Below are positions 40,733-51,116 of a DNA stretch of 64,000 bases, piece by piece (the first letter of the stretch is position 1; each line of letters begins with the position of its first letter). The stretch is from positions 1,216,001-1,280,000 of the forward strand of contig OZ241981.1 of the NCBI GenBank assembly GCA_965204345.1, given 5' to 3'. The translations under genes were made by a program, and so were the position numbers. The DNA is from Nitrosopumilus sp. GTDB taxonomy: Archaea > Thermoproteota > Nitrososphaeria > Nitrososphaerales > Nitrosopumilaceae. A model generated the notes under the pieces. The model had not been told where the DNA came from, searched no databases, and saw only the letters and a program-made list of their open reading frames with translations.

Positions 40733-41423
40733 TTTATGATTTACTTTGCAAAATGGGAATAAAAAGTTACATTACATCTCAAAGCTGACCTTGTGAATGA
40801 TTTTTAGTCAATTAAAGAAAAAAGTGATTATCTTACAGGTATTGAATTTCTGAATTCTTGGCTGAATCTACGTCTGTGACAGCCTGATATTTTGTGTCAT
40901 TTCCAGACTTTTGATCATGGAATTCATAAATGAGATCGCAGACACATTTTTTGATATGTTTCTATAGTTTTTCAGAAAAAATGCGACTTGTAGATGAGAT
41001 TCTCATCAGAAATATCTTTCACCTATTGAATCTTCCATGGATTTTCTCCTACTTTTGATACTTTTACATCAAATAGAACAATTCTTGAATGATATGCATT
41101 GTGATTGACAAAGCACAAGCAAATATTCCTGCTGAAATGAGATTAGGAACAGCGGGGGATTGCCCTGTTCTTTATATATGAAATTTCATCAAAAATCGCA
41201 ATAATTTAGAAAATTGGGTAATTTTTTACTAAAATATTTGAAATGAGCATTTTTTAGAAAATATCTTTTTTTCTAATTATTTTTTCAGGCGTGTCATTTT
41301 CTCTAATAATCTTCAAAATCATCAAAATAATGATATTTTTTTGCTGAAACAGCCGTTCCGCTTTGTGTTCCGCTATAAAGTTTCAAAATGTTCCTAATAA
41401 ACTACATAGTTGTATACAATAGC

Positions 41424-41711
41424 ATGTCAAAACAACAATACAGGTCCGAAATGGGCATAATGGGCGATATCTTAGACGTAACCGCTGATGGCGGTCGTGG
41501 CGGAGTCATTGTATCTGCAATCTCTCGCAAAGCCAACCTGTCTCACTATGCAGTACTAGACAAATGTGAGAAACTGGCAGTGGCAGGCTTGGTCGAATCC
41601 GTCAAAAATGGCAGAAATAGAGTCTTTTTGATAACGGAAAAAGGACTTCAGTTTTTCCAGGAATTCAAGAGATTTCAGGGACTAGTCGAAAGCATGAACC
41701 TAAGGTACTGA
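41424..41711 (+). CDS. Archaeal winged-helix transcriptional regulator
   Basis: YRSEMGIMGDIL...ISRKANLS...FLITEKG; start at 41424 inferred. Confidence 0.88.
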   Translation: MSKQQYRSEMGIMGDILDVTADGGRGGVIVSAISRKANLSHYAVLDKCEKLAVAGLVESVKNGRNRVFLITEKGLQFFQEFKRFQGLVESMNLRY

Positions 41712-41715
41712 TCAA

Positions 41716-42744
41716 ATGTATCCCGTAATCGAACCAATTCATAGGAAAGAATCCCTTCAGGAAGATGGAATGCTTTTTGTAAGGACTAGTGGTATTCATG
41801 AAACAATGGTAAAAGTACCTCTTTTGGTGGCTAGTGTAATCATTGTTGCATCCATGATGCCAATTCAGTCGTCATTTAGTTCTCCTAGGGTACTAGATCT
41901 AATTATTTATCCAGATGGCACAACCCATGTTTCTGCAGAGGTTGATCTTGATCCTTTATCAACTGATTATGAACTCGAACTTTTTGGAAGCGCAATTGAT
42001 AATTTCGTGGCTGTAGGTGAAAATCAATTCCTACTCTCTTCTACTATTATTGGCGCATCTGCACTGATTGAGACTTTTGGTTCATCAACCATTACTGTAG
42101 AATATGATATTCATGATTTAGTGTCTAAACAGGGCAGGGTTTGGACATTCTCTTTAGATACTCCTTCTGATTTTACATTACTTTTGCCAAAAAACTCTGC
42201 AATAGTTGGCATGACAAATCTTCCAATCAATATGGAAATAACAAATGAGCAAAACCTCTTAACATTGCCTGGAGGAAATACTGAGATAGACTACCTCTTC
42301 AGTACTACTGACGCTAATAATCCCCCTACTTTGCCAACAGCTTCAGAGCCGGATTCCACTGATCTTCTTGTTCTCATATCCATTGCCCTTCTCGCAGCTG
42401 TAGGAGCCGGGACGATATTATTTATAAAGAAAACAAAACAAACAAAATCCTTACCTGCTTTAGAAACAGCTTCTAGTCCCAAAACTACCGTTACATCCCT
42501 TGACCCTGAAACCATCTTTAGTTTGAGACCCGATATCAGAGAATATGATAAAGAGATAGTGAAGTTTATCTTCGATAGTGGCGGGGAAGTATTTGAAAGT
42601 AATTTGCGTAAAAAGTTTTTGCAGCCAAGGACCACAATGTGGCGTGCAGTAAAGAGATTAGAGCGTAATGGAATTATTGAAATCGAAAAGAAAGACTTGC
42701 AAAATTTGGTAAAACTACGTAAGGATATGGAGAAAGAAGAATGA
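41716..42744 (+). CDS. Membrane-spanning regulator: extracellular beta domain, TM, cytoplasmic wHTH
   Basis: N-terminal hydrophobic segment, beta-rich domain, TM (LLVLISIALLAAVG), GGEVFESNLRK..PRTTMWRAVKRLE. Confidence 0.8.
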   Translation: MYPVIEPIHRKESLQEDGMLFVRTSGIHETMVKVPLLVASVIIVASMMPIQSSFSSPRVLDLIIYPDGTTHVSAEVDLDPLSTDYELELFGSAIDNFVAVGENQFLLSSTIIGASALIETFGSSTITVEYDIHDLVSKQGRVWTFSLDTPSDFTLLLPKNSAIVGMTNLPINMEITNEQNLLTLPGGNTEIDYLFSTTDANNPPTLPTASEPDSTDLLVLISIALLAAVGAGTILFIKKTKQTKSLPALETASSPKTTVTSLDPETIFSLRPDIREYDKEIVKFIFDSGGEVFESNLRKKFLQPRTTMWRAVKRLERNGIIEIEKKDLQNLVKLRKDMEKEE

Positions 42745-43553
42745 AAACATTAGCATTATTTGCAATATTTGTATTATTTTTTGGAACCGTATCTGCCTCA
42801 TTGACCAACTCTGCTTATGCACAAAACGATCCTGATATTTTGTTACGCATTGCAACACAAGCAGACAAGCAAATCTCTAATCAGCTAGATAGAATTTATG
42901 ACGATTCAGTACCTTCAGACATACAAACTCTATATCAACAAGGACATGCTGCAGTTAGACTACTAGAAAATTCTTTACCCGATGATTTAGAACAAGCACA
43001 AGAAAGTTTCCTTGTTGCCATGAAATCTTTCAAACAAATCACCAGAATGATCTCTGAACCTGTAGAAGAACCAGGAACCATATCTAATGCGTCGGATAGA
43101 GATCTTACAAGTGAATTAGATAGTTTAGACAATTATTTTCAGATCCTAAAGGCAATCTCTGAAAAACATAATATGGGAATTGATTTTTCTAAAATAAAGG
43201 AATTATTTGTTCAGGCACGCCAACAGACAAGCTCTGATGATATTCAAGAAGCAAACAAAACAATAGAAAAATTGGAATCTCTTATAGAAGCAATCAAAAA
43301 TGACATTTACGGTCATGAATCTCATTCTACATCAGACAGAGCCAAAAAATTTGCCCTGAAACAATTAGATGAAATTCAGGACACACTAGACAAAGCTGAA
43401 AATATGGATCTTGATATATCTGAAGTTCAACAAGCAAATTCCCTGGTTCAGGAAATTGAAACCTTGATTGATGATGATAATATCTCTGATGCAAAAGAAA
43501 AGTTTGGAGAACTCATCGAATTGGTAAAAATCATCAAAAGTTCAATGAGCTAG
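42741..43553 (+). CDS. Secreted all-helical hypothetical protein
   Basis: Signal peptide ending SAYAQ; repeated amphipathic helices. Confidence 0.75.
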   Translation: MKTLALFAIFVLFFGTVSASLTNSAYAQNDPDILLRIATQADKQISNQLDRIYDDSVPSDIQTLYQQGHAAVRLLENSLPDDLEQAQESFLVAMKSFKQITRMISEPVEEPGTISNASDRDLTSELDSLDNYFQILKAISEKHNMGIDFSKIKELFVQARQQTSSDDIQEANKTIEKLESLIEAIKNDIYGHESHSTSDRAKKFALKQLDEIQDTLDKAENMDLDISEVQQANSLVQEIETLIDDDNISDAKEKFGELIELVKIIKSSMS

Positions 43554-43587
43554 GTATCATAAGCTTCATATACATTTTCTAAAGAAT

Positions 43588-43788
43588 TTGTTCATGGCTT
43601 CAAAAACAATCGCTGTCGGCGTAGGCATTCCAATGATTATTGTTGGTGCGCTGATGGCATGGTTGTGGGGCTCTCTTGAAGGAGATTTTCAAAATCAAAT
43701 AGAACTTGTAGGAAGTACAATTGGTATTTTAGGAGTAATTTTCTTCATTTCAGGATTATTTTATTCCAACGAGCCAGTCATGCATTAG
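43588..43788 (+). CDS. Small 2-TM membrane protein
   Basis: 66 aa, hydrophobic. Confidence 0.7.
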   Translation: MFMASKTIAVGVGIPMIIVGALMAWLWGSLEGDFQNQIELVGSTIGILGVIFFISGLFYSNEPVMH

Positions 43789-43829
43789 AAACTCATTGAA
43801 TAAATAATGAAAAAAATTACAATTATTAC

Positions 43830-44543
43830 TTGAAAGTAAGACTGTTTGAAATATTTACCTCAGTTGAGGGAGAAGGAATTCTTTATGGAACAAAAACCCT
43901 TTTTGTCAGACTAGCTGGATGTCCCTTTACCTGTTTTTATTGTGATACAAAAGAATCACTGCCACTTGATTCTGGTACAGAATATTCTATTGAACATGCA
44001 ACCAAGCTACTTGATTCTAATCTGAAAAATCAAACTTATAAAGTAAATTTCACAGGAGGTGATCCATTAATTCAACACGAGGCCGTAGCATTACTTGCAA
44101 AGCATATACAGGATAAAAAAATTCCTACATATCTTGAATCATCATGTTTTGATATTGATAGATTTAATCATGTTTTGCCATTTATTGATATTGTTAAAAT
44201 TGAATTTAAAACAAAAGATTCTGATTTTGTTGATTCAAAACATTATGACAAGTTAATTGGCCATACAATGAAATGCCTTAGTTCATCTGTAAAAACAAAT
44301 AAAGTAACATACATCAAAGTTGTTGTTAGTTCAAAAACACATCCCAACGAGTTTCAAAAATTAGTAAAGGATATTTTTGAAATCGTCTCTAAAAATGATA
44401 TTTCTGGCTTTGTAATTCAACCTACATATGGGATTTCAGAACCGTCGCTAGATCTCTTATTGGAATTATATGATCTGGTATATCCCCATTACATTGATGT
44501 CAAGGTAGTGCCGCAATTACACAAATTTATTGGTGCCCCATGA
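43830..44543 (+). CDS. queE: 7-carboxy-7-deazaguanine synthase (radical SAM)
   Basis: EIFTSVEGEG, FVRLAGCPFTCFYCDT, TGGDP, PQLHK. Confidence 0.92.
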   Translation: MKVRLFEIFTSVEGEGILYGTKTLFVRLAGCPFTCFYCDTKESLPLDSGTEYSIEHATKLLDSNLKNQTYKVNFTGGDPLIQHEAVALLAKHIQDKKIPTYLESSCFDIDRFNHVLPFIDIVKIEFKTKDSDFVDSKHYDKLIGHTMKCLSSSVKTNKVTYIKVVVSSKTHPNEFQKLVKDIFEIVSKNDISGFVIQPTYGISEPSLDLLLELYDLVYPHYIDVKVVPQLHKFIGAP

Positions 44544-44607
44544 TGTTACCATCTGCCTAAAAATCTGATTACGTTCAAATACTAGAAAAATTCTGTGAGA
44601 ATATAAA

Positions 44608-45165
44608 ATGGATCAAGAACGTGTAAAAAAACTTGTTAGAGAATTAATTATTGAGGTTGGGGAGGATCCGACACGTGAAGGCTTACGGGAAACTCCAGAG
44701 AGAATTGCAAATATGTACAAAGAAATTTTTAGTGGCTATGATTCTGACTCGGAACTATCCGTCCAATTTTCGGAGGATTCTGATGTGGTCATTGCTCGTT
44801 CCATCCAATTTTATTCCATGTGTGAACATCACATGCTGCCTTTTTATGGAAAAATTCACATCGCATACTCTCCAAATGGCAGAGTGTTTGGAATATCAAA
44901 ATTAGTTAGACTAGTTGAAAAGTTTTCAAAACGACTTCAGATTCAAGAGCGATTAACAAAAAATATTGCTGATGAGCTATACTCTCAGGGAGTAAAAGGA
45001 GTAGTAGTTTTAGCTGATGCAGAACATCTTTGCATGAAAATGCGCGGTGTCAAAAATGATGCAACTCTTTCTTCATCTGCATTTAGGGGAATTTATGAAA
45101 ATAAAGAGGAAAAAGCAAGTATAATGTCCCTGATTAGAAAGCGTGCTTCAGACTCATCTTTTTAG
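44608..45165 (+). CDS. folE: GTP cyclohydrolase I
   Basis: GEDPTREGLRETP, SMCEHH, LQIQERLT, HLCMKMRG. Confidence 0.96.
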   Translation: MDQERVKKLVRELIIEVGEDPTREGLRETPERIANMYKEIFSGYDSDSELSVQFSEDSDVVIARSIQFYSMCEHHMLPFYGKIHIAYSPNGRVFGISKLVRLVEKFSKRLQIQERLTKNIADELYSQGVKGVVVLADAEHLCMKMRGVKNDATLSSSAFRGIYENKEEKASIMSLIRKRASDSSF

Positions 45166-45196
45166 CCAATACTGAAAAATTAAATAATCAATATTT

Positions 45197-45460
45197 TTGA
45201 CCACAAACATGGGGGCAAATCCATACATTCACATTCCAAAAGAATCATGGCCTAATTGGACATGGTATGCAATCGAATGTGTTATTGTAATTGCTGTTTC
45301 CATGTTAGCGTCAAGTAAAATTACTGATTCCATTGAGGGACTAACTCCAGAAATACAAAATTATGTATTCATGGGTATTGTAGGCGGGTTTTTCCTGGTT
45401 TGGTATATTGGGATTAGAGGTTTGATTCTAAAAAAGAAGATTCTTAGAAATAGCTACTAA
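45197..45460 (+). CDS. Small membrane protein
   Basis: 87 aa, two TM segments. Confidence 0.7.
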   Translation: MTTNMGANPYIHIPKESWPNWTWYAIECVIVIAVSMLASSKITDSIEGLTPEIQNYVFMGIVGGFFLVWYIGIRGLILKKKILRNSY

Positions 45461-45462
45461 AA

Positions 45463-46140
45463 CTATCTAAGATATTTTGTTTTATCTTTAATGCCAGCTT
45501 TTGCAAATGCAATCTTTCTATTGTTGCAGGATTCACAGATCCCGCAGTGATATTTCTTGTTAGAATAACAACTCCACGTTTTGAATATGGAACTGCCCAG
45601 CACACCCGTCATTCCAGCTTTTAACAAGTCACTTTTTGATAATCCATTGCGGTACGGCGACCAGATTTCAATACCCTTTCGTAATTTTGATTTAATGCCA
45701 TCAATTTCACCCTGGTTAAATGCTGTTTCCAATTTTTTTGCAAAACTTGGTCTGCAATCAGGATAATATCTGTCTCCTGTATGTGCGCCATACACAACTA
45801 AAGATGCATTAATTGTAAAAGCCCAAGCTGAGGCGATTGATAAGAAAACGGCATTCCTAATAGGAACGACAATCGAATATTCAAATTTTTCAGGAATTTT
45901 TCTTTTTGAACTGGTTAAAACGTTTGAATTCCCGTACAAATCTTTCATAAAACCGATATCAATTATTTTGTGTTGTTTTAGCCCTAATTTTTTTGCAAAA
46001 GATTTTGCAGCTGCAATCTCACTGTCTGCTTTTTGTCCATACGAAAACGTAATTCCATGCAACTCATATTTTGATTTTAAATACGAGGCCGCACACACAG
46101 AATCAATTCCTCCACTAAAAACAATAACTGCCCTTTTCAT
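45463..46140 (-). CDS. queC: 7-cyano-7-deazaguanine synthase
   Basis: SGGIDS, SYGQ, VPIRN, YPDCR, TWSCY, HCGICESC. Confidence 0.95.
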   Translation of the reverse strand: MKRAVIVFSGGIDSVCAASYLKSKYELHGITFSYGQKADSEIAAAKSFAKKLGLKQHKIIDIGFMKDLYGNSNVLTSSKRKIPEKFEYSIVVPIRNAVFLSIASAWAFTINASLVVYGAHTGDRYYPDCRPSFAKKLETAFNQGEIDGIKSKLRKGIEIWSPYRNGLSKSDLLKAGMTGVLGSSIFKTWSCYSNKKYHCGICESCNNRKIAFAKAGIKDKTKYLR

Positions 46141-46147
46141 AATCTAC

Positions 46148-47065
46148 TCATTTATCTATTGCGCCATTACTAGGTTTGCAAATTATCGTCTGGCATTTTG
46201 TATTTGATGATGCAAATCCTTTTGTCATGGCCAAATTAATTTTTTTCAAGTCAGCAGATCTTTTTGAAAATGCAATTACTGAAGGACCTGCACCACTAAT
46301 TGTGACACCCAATGCTCCTGCCTTTATGGCATTTTCCTTAACTTTTGCAAAGCCTGGAATCATGTCTTGTCTTGCAGGCTCAACTATTACATCCCTAACT
46401 GAATTTCCAATCATTTCAGAGTCTTTCTTCATAAATCCCACTACAATTGCTGCTGCATTTGCCAAGTTCAAAATACTATCTGTCAAGTTAATTTTTTTCG
46501 GAATCACTCCCCTTGACACTTTGGTTTTTTTCCTTGGCACCTCAATTGTTGGAACTGCAATACACATCCTAAGGTTAGCTGGAGGCTCAATTCTAATTAC
46601 ATCCAAAGGATCTGTTTTTACAATTACAAATCCGCCTAAAACGGATGCTGCAACATTGTCATAATGTACTGTTCCTGCACTAGCTTTTTCTCCAGATCCG
46701 GCAAATTCCACTAATGTATTTTTGTCCAGTTTTAGCCCAAATAATTTATCAAACGCAACTGCAGCCGCAGCAGCTGATGCGGCACTGCTTCCCATTCCAA
46801 ATCCCGCAGGAATTCCCTTCTTAATCCTTATCTCAATGCCTTCCTTAATTTTGAATCTTTTTCTCATATTTTTTACAACCAGTCCTGCTGTATTTTTTTC
46901 AGGATTTACAGGCACATCATCATCAGTAATTATCTTGATTCCGTTTTTTATTTTAGTTAATGTGACTGTATCATAAAATGCGTCTACTGCAAGTCCAAAT
47001 ACATCAAATCCTGGTCCTAAATTTGCAGTTGAAGATGGTGCCTTTATTGTAACTTTTGATACCAA
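46148..47065 (-). CDS. thrB: Homoserine kinase
   Basis: ANLGPGFD, GMGSSAAS, HYDN, SGAGPS. Confidence 0.95.
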   Translation of the reverse strand: MVSKVTIKAPSSTANLGPGFDVFGLAVDAFYDTVTLTKIKNGIKIITDDDVPVNPEKNTAGLVVKNMRKRFKIKEGIEIRIKKGIPAGFGMGSSAASAAAAAVAFDKLFGLKLDKNTLVEFAGSGEKASAGTVHYDNVAASVLGGFVIVKTDPLDVIRIEPPANLRMCIAVPTIEVPRKKTKVSRGVIPKKINLTDSILNLANAAAIVVGFMKKDSEMIGNSVRDVIVEPARQDMIPGFAKVKENAIKAGALGVTISGAGPSVIAFSKRSADLKKINLAMTKGFASSNTKCQTIICKPSNGAIDK

Positions 47066-47824
47066 TTAATCTTCTACCTCCTCACCCAAGTTAAGAATTC
47101 TACTTAGGGCTCCTTGAAGATTTACAAAACCTTCCCCAGTTACATTGGATATTGGAATTAATCCCTGTGCAAATCCACCCAAATTTAATCCTCGTAAAAT
47201 ATTGGTAGTTAATGTATACGTGTCGCCATCTGTATCATTAGCAATGGCATTTTCCAATATCTTCAAATTAGACGACCACTGTAAAATCTCTTTTATTTTG
47301 TCGCCAATAAGATCTGTTTTTGTTAAAATATTGATTGTTGGCAAATTCAAACGTAATCTTATGGATGTTGCAAGTAATGCAATTGAAACAAAATTTACTG
47401 GAGTATTAATCAGCGCACCATCAAAAAGAAATACATTTGTTTTTTCTTCTGATGTAATGTTCTCTATTATAAAGCGTCCGCTGGAACGATATGCAAATAA
47501 TTCAATTTGACCGGGCGTATCTACAATCAGATAATCTGGATTTACCTTGTCTACGTCATTTTGTATATCGTCAATCTTTGATGCGATCAAATCATTGGCC
47601 ATTACCATCGCCCCATTTGGTCCAAGATCATATTGTTGCATAATTGAAACGTAATCAACATAATCTCTAACGTCTATATCACAAGTATATGCTAAATTTT
47701 CTACACCAGGATCTAAATTTAGCACAGCAGCAAACGCCCCATTTTTTGTATAATATTCATGAAGCTTTGATGAAAGCAACGATTTTCCCGACCCCGCAGT
47801 ACCAGAAACAAAAATTGTTTTCAA
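47066..47824 (-). CDS. GPN-loop GTPase
   Basis: GTAGSGKS, NLDPG, LGPNG, DTPGQIE, TKTD. Confidence 0.93.
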   Translation of the reverse strand: MKTIFVSGTAGSGKSLLSSKLHEYYTKNGAFAAVLNLDPGVENLAYTCDIDVRDYVDYVSIMQQYDLGPNGAMVMANDLIASKIDDIQNDVDKVNPDYLIVDTPGQIELFAYRSSGRFIIENITSEEKTNVFLFDGALINTPVNFVSIALLATSIRLRLNLPTINILTKTDLIGDKIKEILQWSSNLKILENAIANDTDGDTYTLTTNILRGLNLGGFAQGLIPISNVTGEGFVNLQGALSRILNLGEEVED

Positions 47825-47899
47825 TCCGTCTAGTTTTCACCATTTGCCTATATTTCAAACTACTTGATTTTTGTATCATGTCTTTAAAATGCCAGATTG

Positions 47900-48132
47900 G
47901 TATTGAAAAATGAGACAAATTCCATTTGATATCTGGCTGACTAAATTATACTGTCTTTGCGATGTAAGGTGCAACTGAAGGGGAAAGATATCTTCAAAAT
48001 TTAGCCATAAAATTACTAAATGAAAGAAATCCTTCAGATTTTGACATGCCAGATTCATCTTTGAAGAAATTAGGCAAGAACTTTAGGATCAATAAAAAAA
48101 TTCTATTTTTGATAGATGATTTTCAAAATTAA
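47900..48132 (+). pseudogene. Possible gene remnant
   Basis: Open stretch GATEGERYLQNLAIKLLNERNPSDFDMP...FQN* with no evident 5' start. Confidence 0.35.
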
Positions 48133-48193
48133 CTTTTTAATGACTAGAAACCTACTCAACTTTCATATTTGATTCCTTAAAAAAAATCATCAA

Positions 48194-49204
48194 ATGAACT
48201 GGAGAATTGTAGCCATCCCCATTACTTTAATTCCAATTTTTATCATTGCCATTCAATTTGATATTAAATTTGAAGATGTACTAGCCATTGGGTTATTTCC
48301 ATTTGTAGGCGCAGTCATTGCAATGATGATAAAGCTAGGTCTTCAAGGAGTCAAATTTGCATACATAACAAGAAAATACTTGGGTAATTTTGATTCATTT
48401 TCCAAACTGGTTGGCGTTAGAGTTGGCAGCGAATTTATCAAATTTACAACTCCAATGTTCATCGGAGCAGAATTTGTTGTAATTTATTATTTGCATAAAA
48501 AAGGTGCAAAACCTGCAAAATCTGCATGGATTGCAGTTATGGATATTGTAACTGAAGTCTTTGCGGCAGGCCTGTTATCTATTATGGCAGGAATTATTGC
48601 GTTGTTAAGCGGTGCATATGTTGTTGCGGCTGTTATATTAGCCACTAGTATTGTCATTACATCTTTATGGATGGTTGTGTTTTTCCTTTCTTCCAAACAC
48701 ACATTTCAAGTACCAAAAGTTTTGCAAAATCTTGCAACAAAATTTGGAAAAGAAAAAGGTGCAAATGCCATTGACAAAACAAACACATGGATGGAAGAAG
48801 TATGCACTATGAGCAGAGAAAATCTGAAAACCACCGAATCTAAAAAAATCTTTACAGTTTCATTTCTGTTTTCACTTGTGTCCTGGTCATTTTACGGAAT
48901 TTCTTTTATGATCATCGCAATGGGTACCGGATTTGTAATTAATGCGTTTGATTCTATTATGGCAGTTATGGGCGCAAATGCAATTGGAAACTTGCCAATT
49001 ACTATAGGCGGTTCAGGTTTAGCAGAATTTGGAATTATCGCATATCTGAATAATCTGGATCCCTTTGCATTTCAAATCACTGAAGACATAGTTGCTTGGG
49101 ATGCAGTAATTGGCTGGAGAATTGCAACATATTATGTTCCAATTGTAATCACTTGGCTACTTTTGGTTAAATTGGCATTAAGCAAAATACCTAAACAAAA
49201 ATAA
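48194..49204 (+). CDS. UPF0104/LPG-synthase-TM (flippase-like) membrane protein
   Basis: TPMFIGAE, PITIGGSGLAE, WRIATYY. Confidence 0.88.
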   Translation: MNWRIVAIPITLIPIFIIAIQFDIKFEDVLAIGLFPFVGAVIAMMIKLGLQGVKFAYITRKYLGNFDSFSKLVGVRVGSEFIKFTTPMFIGAEFVVIYYLHKKGAKPAKSAWIAVMDIVTEVFAAGLLSIMAGIIALLSGAYVVAAVILATSIVITSLWMVVFFLSSKHTFQVPKVLQNLATKFGKEKGANAIDKTNTWMEEVCTMSRENLKTTESKKIFTVSFLFSLVSWSFYGISFMIIAMGTGFVINAFDSIMAVMGANAIGNLPITIGGSGLAEFGIIAYLNNLDPFAFQITEDIVAWDAVIGWRIATYYVPIVITWLLLVKLALSKIPKQK

Positions 49205-49229
49205 AAATACAAATTATTTTTGATATTTT

Positions 49230-49700
49230 ACAATGTTTCAAGACAAATTATTCCGGCAAACTCGTATGTTTTTTTATTGTTAGCTTTATCAGTGGCATCA
49301 AAATCAGTGCCCATTTTCTGATGGCTGAACCTTGAGACAAAACCGTGTTTATATCGTAACGTTTTGATTTTTCTGGGCTCCCCTCAAAAAATAAAGCAGG
49401 GAAATTTTCATGGCAATGACAAAAGTCATGTTAAATTTCTTGTGAATCCTATAAGGTATAGCTTATTCTTGCCAAACCCGGATTTATCATCATCTGCATA
49501 ATATAGAATCTTGATCTCAGTTTCATCACAGAACTATCCTGGTTTGATGCTTTGGCAGAATTGGCATGTCGTTTACATTTAGGTTATCTTAGATCTTTAT
49601 CACCTGTTTCTGCATAATTCAATGATATCATTAGAAGGCATTTGTGATCCTGACAATGTCTTTTTTAATACTAAAAAATCTCACAAAAATTATGTAGTTA
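49230..49700 (-). pseudogene. Possible decayed gene remnant
   Basis: No ORF over 60 aa in about 700 bp; fragment DETEIKILYYADDDKSGFGKNKLYLIGFTRNLT* on minus strand. Confidence 0.4.
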
Positions 49701-49909
49701 CTGTACCAATGCATAGTAATCCTCATTTGTTATTTTAGTAAATTTTTGCATTCAGAATAATTTACAGGCGCAAATACTGAAAATGCTTTTTTGAGGGCAA
49801 ATGTATTCTAAAATGAAATTTCATATTTCATGGCTATGGGCAAATGTATATTTATACAACAAAATTTTCACAACGAAACTACTTTATCCTCAAACATTTT
49901 TTCTGAATT

Positions 49910-50710
49910 GTGGATTTTCAAAACAAGGTTGTTCTGATTACTGGTGCATCATCCGGTATTGGTAAAGAAACCGCGATAGAATTTGCCAAGCTTGGTGCAA
50001 TTATAATTTTAGTTGCAAGAAATAAAGACAATCTTGAGCAGGTTGAAAACGAGCTAAAAAAATTCAACACGTCCACACTGATTTGTCAATGTGATGTATC
50101 AAAAAAAGATCATGTGGAAGAAATGTCAAAAACAGTTTTGGAAAAATTTGGCGCTGTTGATATTTTAGTCAACAATGCAGGATTTGCCATTCATGGATAT
50201 GTATCTGAACTTAGTATTGATCAAATTGAATCACAGATGGAAACGAACTATTTTGGAATGGTCTATTGCATCAAAAATTTCCTTCCATCAATGCTAGATA
50301 AAAAAACTGGCCATATTGTAAATGTTGCATCTGTTGCAGCAAGTTTTGGCTTACCCAAAATGGCTTCCTACAGCGGTTCCAAATTTGCAATGTTAGGATT
50401 TTCAGAGGGATTAAAACATGAATTAAAAAATACCGGAGTTGGAGTTACCGTTGTTAGTCCTATCATGGTTAGAACCAATTTCTTTGATCATCCTTCATTT
50501 GAAAACATACCAAAATTTTCCCCGGTTTCCCTTAGTTCTAAAACTGTTGCAAAAGCAATTTTGAAAGCATCAAATTCTTCTAGATTGGAAATTATTGTTC
50601 CATCTGTGGCAAGAGTTGCAGTATGGGTAAAACATACATTTCCTTATATTATCAATCCAATCATAGGAAGTGTTTTCAAAAAACAGTTAGATTCAATCAG
50701 AAGGGATTAA
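49910..50710 (+). CDS. SDR family oxidoreductase
   Basis: TGASSGIG, NNAG, YSGSK. Confidence 0.92.
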   Translation: MDFQNKVVLITGASSGIGKETAIEFAKLGAIIILVARNKDNLEQVENELKKFNTSTLICQCDVSKKDHVEEMSKTVLEKFGAVDILVNNAGFAIHGYVSELSIDQIESQMETNYFGMVYCIKNFLPSMLDKKTGHIVNVASVAASFGLPKMASYSGSKFAMLGFSEGLKHELKNTGVGVTVVSPIMVRTNFFDHPSFENIPKFSPVSLSSKTVAKAILKASNSSRLEIIVPSVARVAVWVKHTFPYIINPIIGSVFKKQLDSIRRD

Positions 50711-50711
50711 T

Positions 50712-51104
50712 CTATTCATCATTATCATTTGATTCATTAGATCCTACGTCTAGCAATTCTAATGACTTTAGATCAAATTGATAAATTGCTTTCATTTCAA
50801 TTTCTTTTTCTTTTTCAAGAAATTCTGACACTTTTTTGCTTAATGGTGCTTTATGTTGATCAAAAACAAATTCATAAACTTCACCCTTTAGCAGATCATC
50901 AATTTTGATGGTCTTTGGTACATCCATTGTTACAATGTGTCGTCCATCATCTACGGCATCATACAATTGTACATCAATTTTGTTGTCTTCATAATAAAAT
51001 TCTAGAATATACCCTGATTTTTTTAATTCCTCAGGTTTCTTAAATTTTGCATTTTGAATTTCATCAGTAACCCATTTTGGAATATCGTCTTTCTTTTTTA
51101 CCAT
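50712..51104 (-). CDS. Hypothetical protein
   Basis: 130-aa ORF. Confidence 0.75.
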   Translation of the reverse strand: MVKKKDDIPKWVTDEIQNAKFKKPEELKKSGYILEFYYEDNKIDVQLYDAVDDGRHIVTMDVPKTIKIDDLLKGEVYEFVFDQHKAPLSKKVSEFLEKEKEIEMKAIYQFDLKSLELLDVGSNESNDNDE

Positions 51105-51116
51105 GATAAATCGACT

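Noticed and set aside
43830-46140. queE/folE/queC as a DNA 7-deazaguanine modification island
   Set aside because: No dpdA or other dpd genes; consistent with housekeeping archaeosine precursor synthesis
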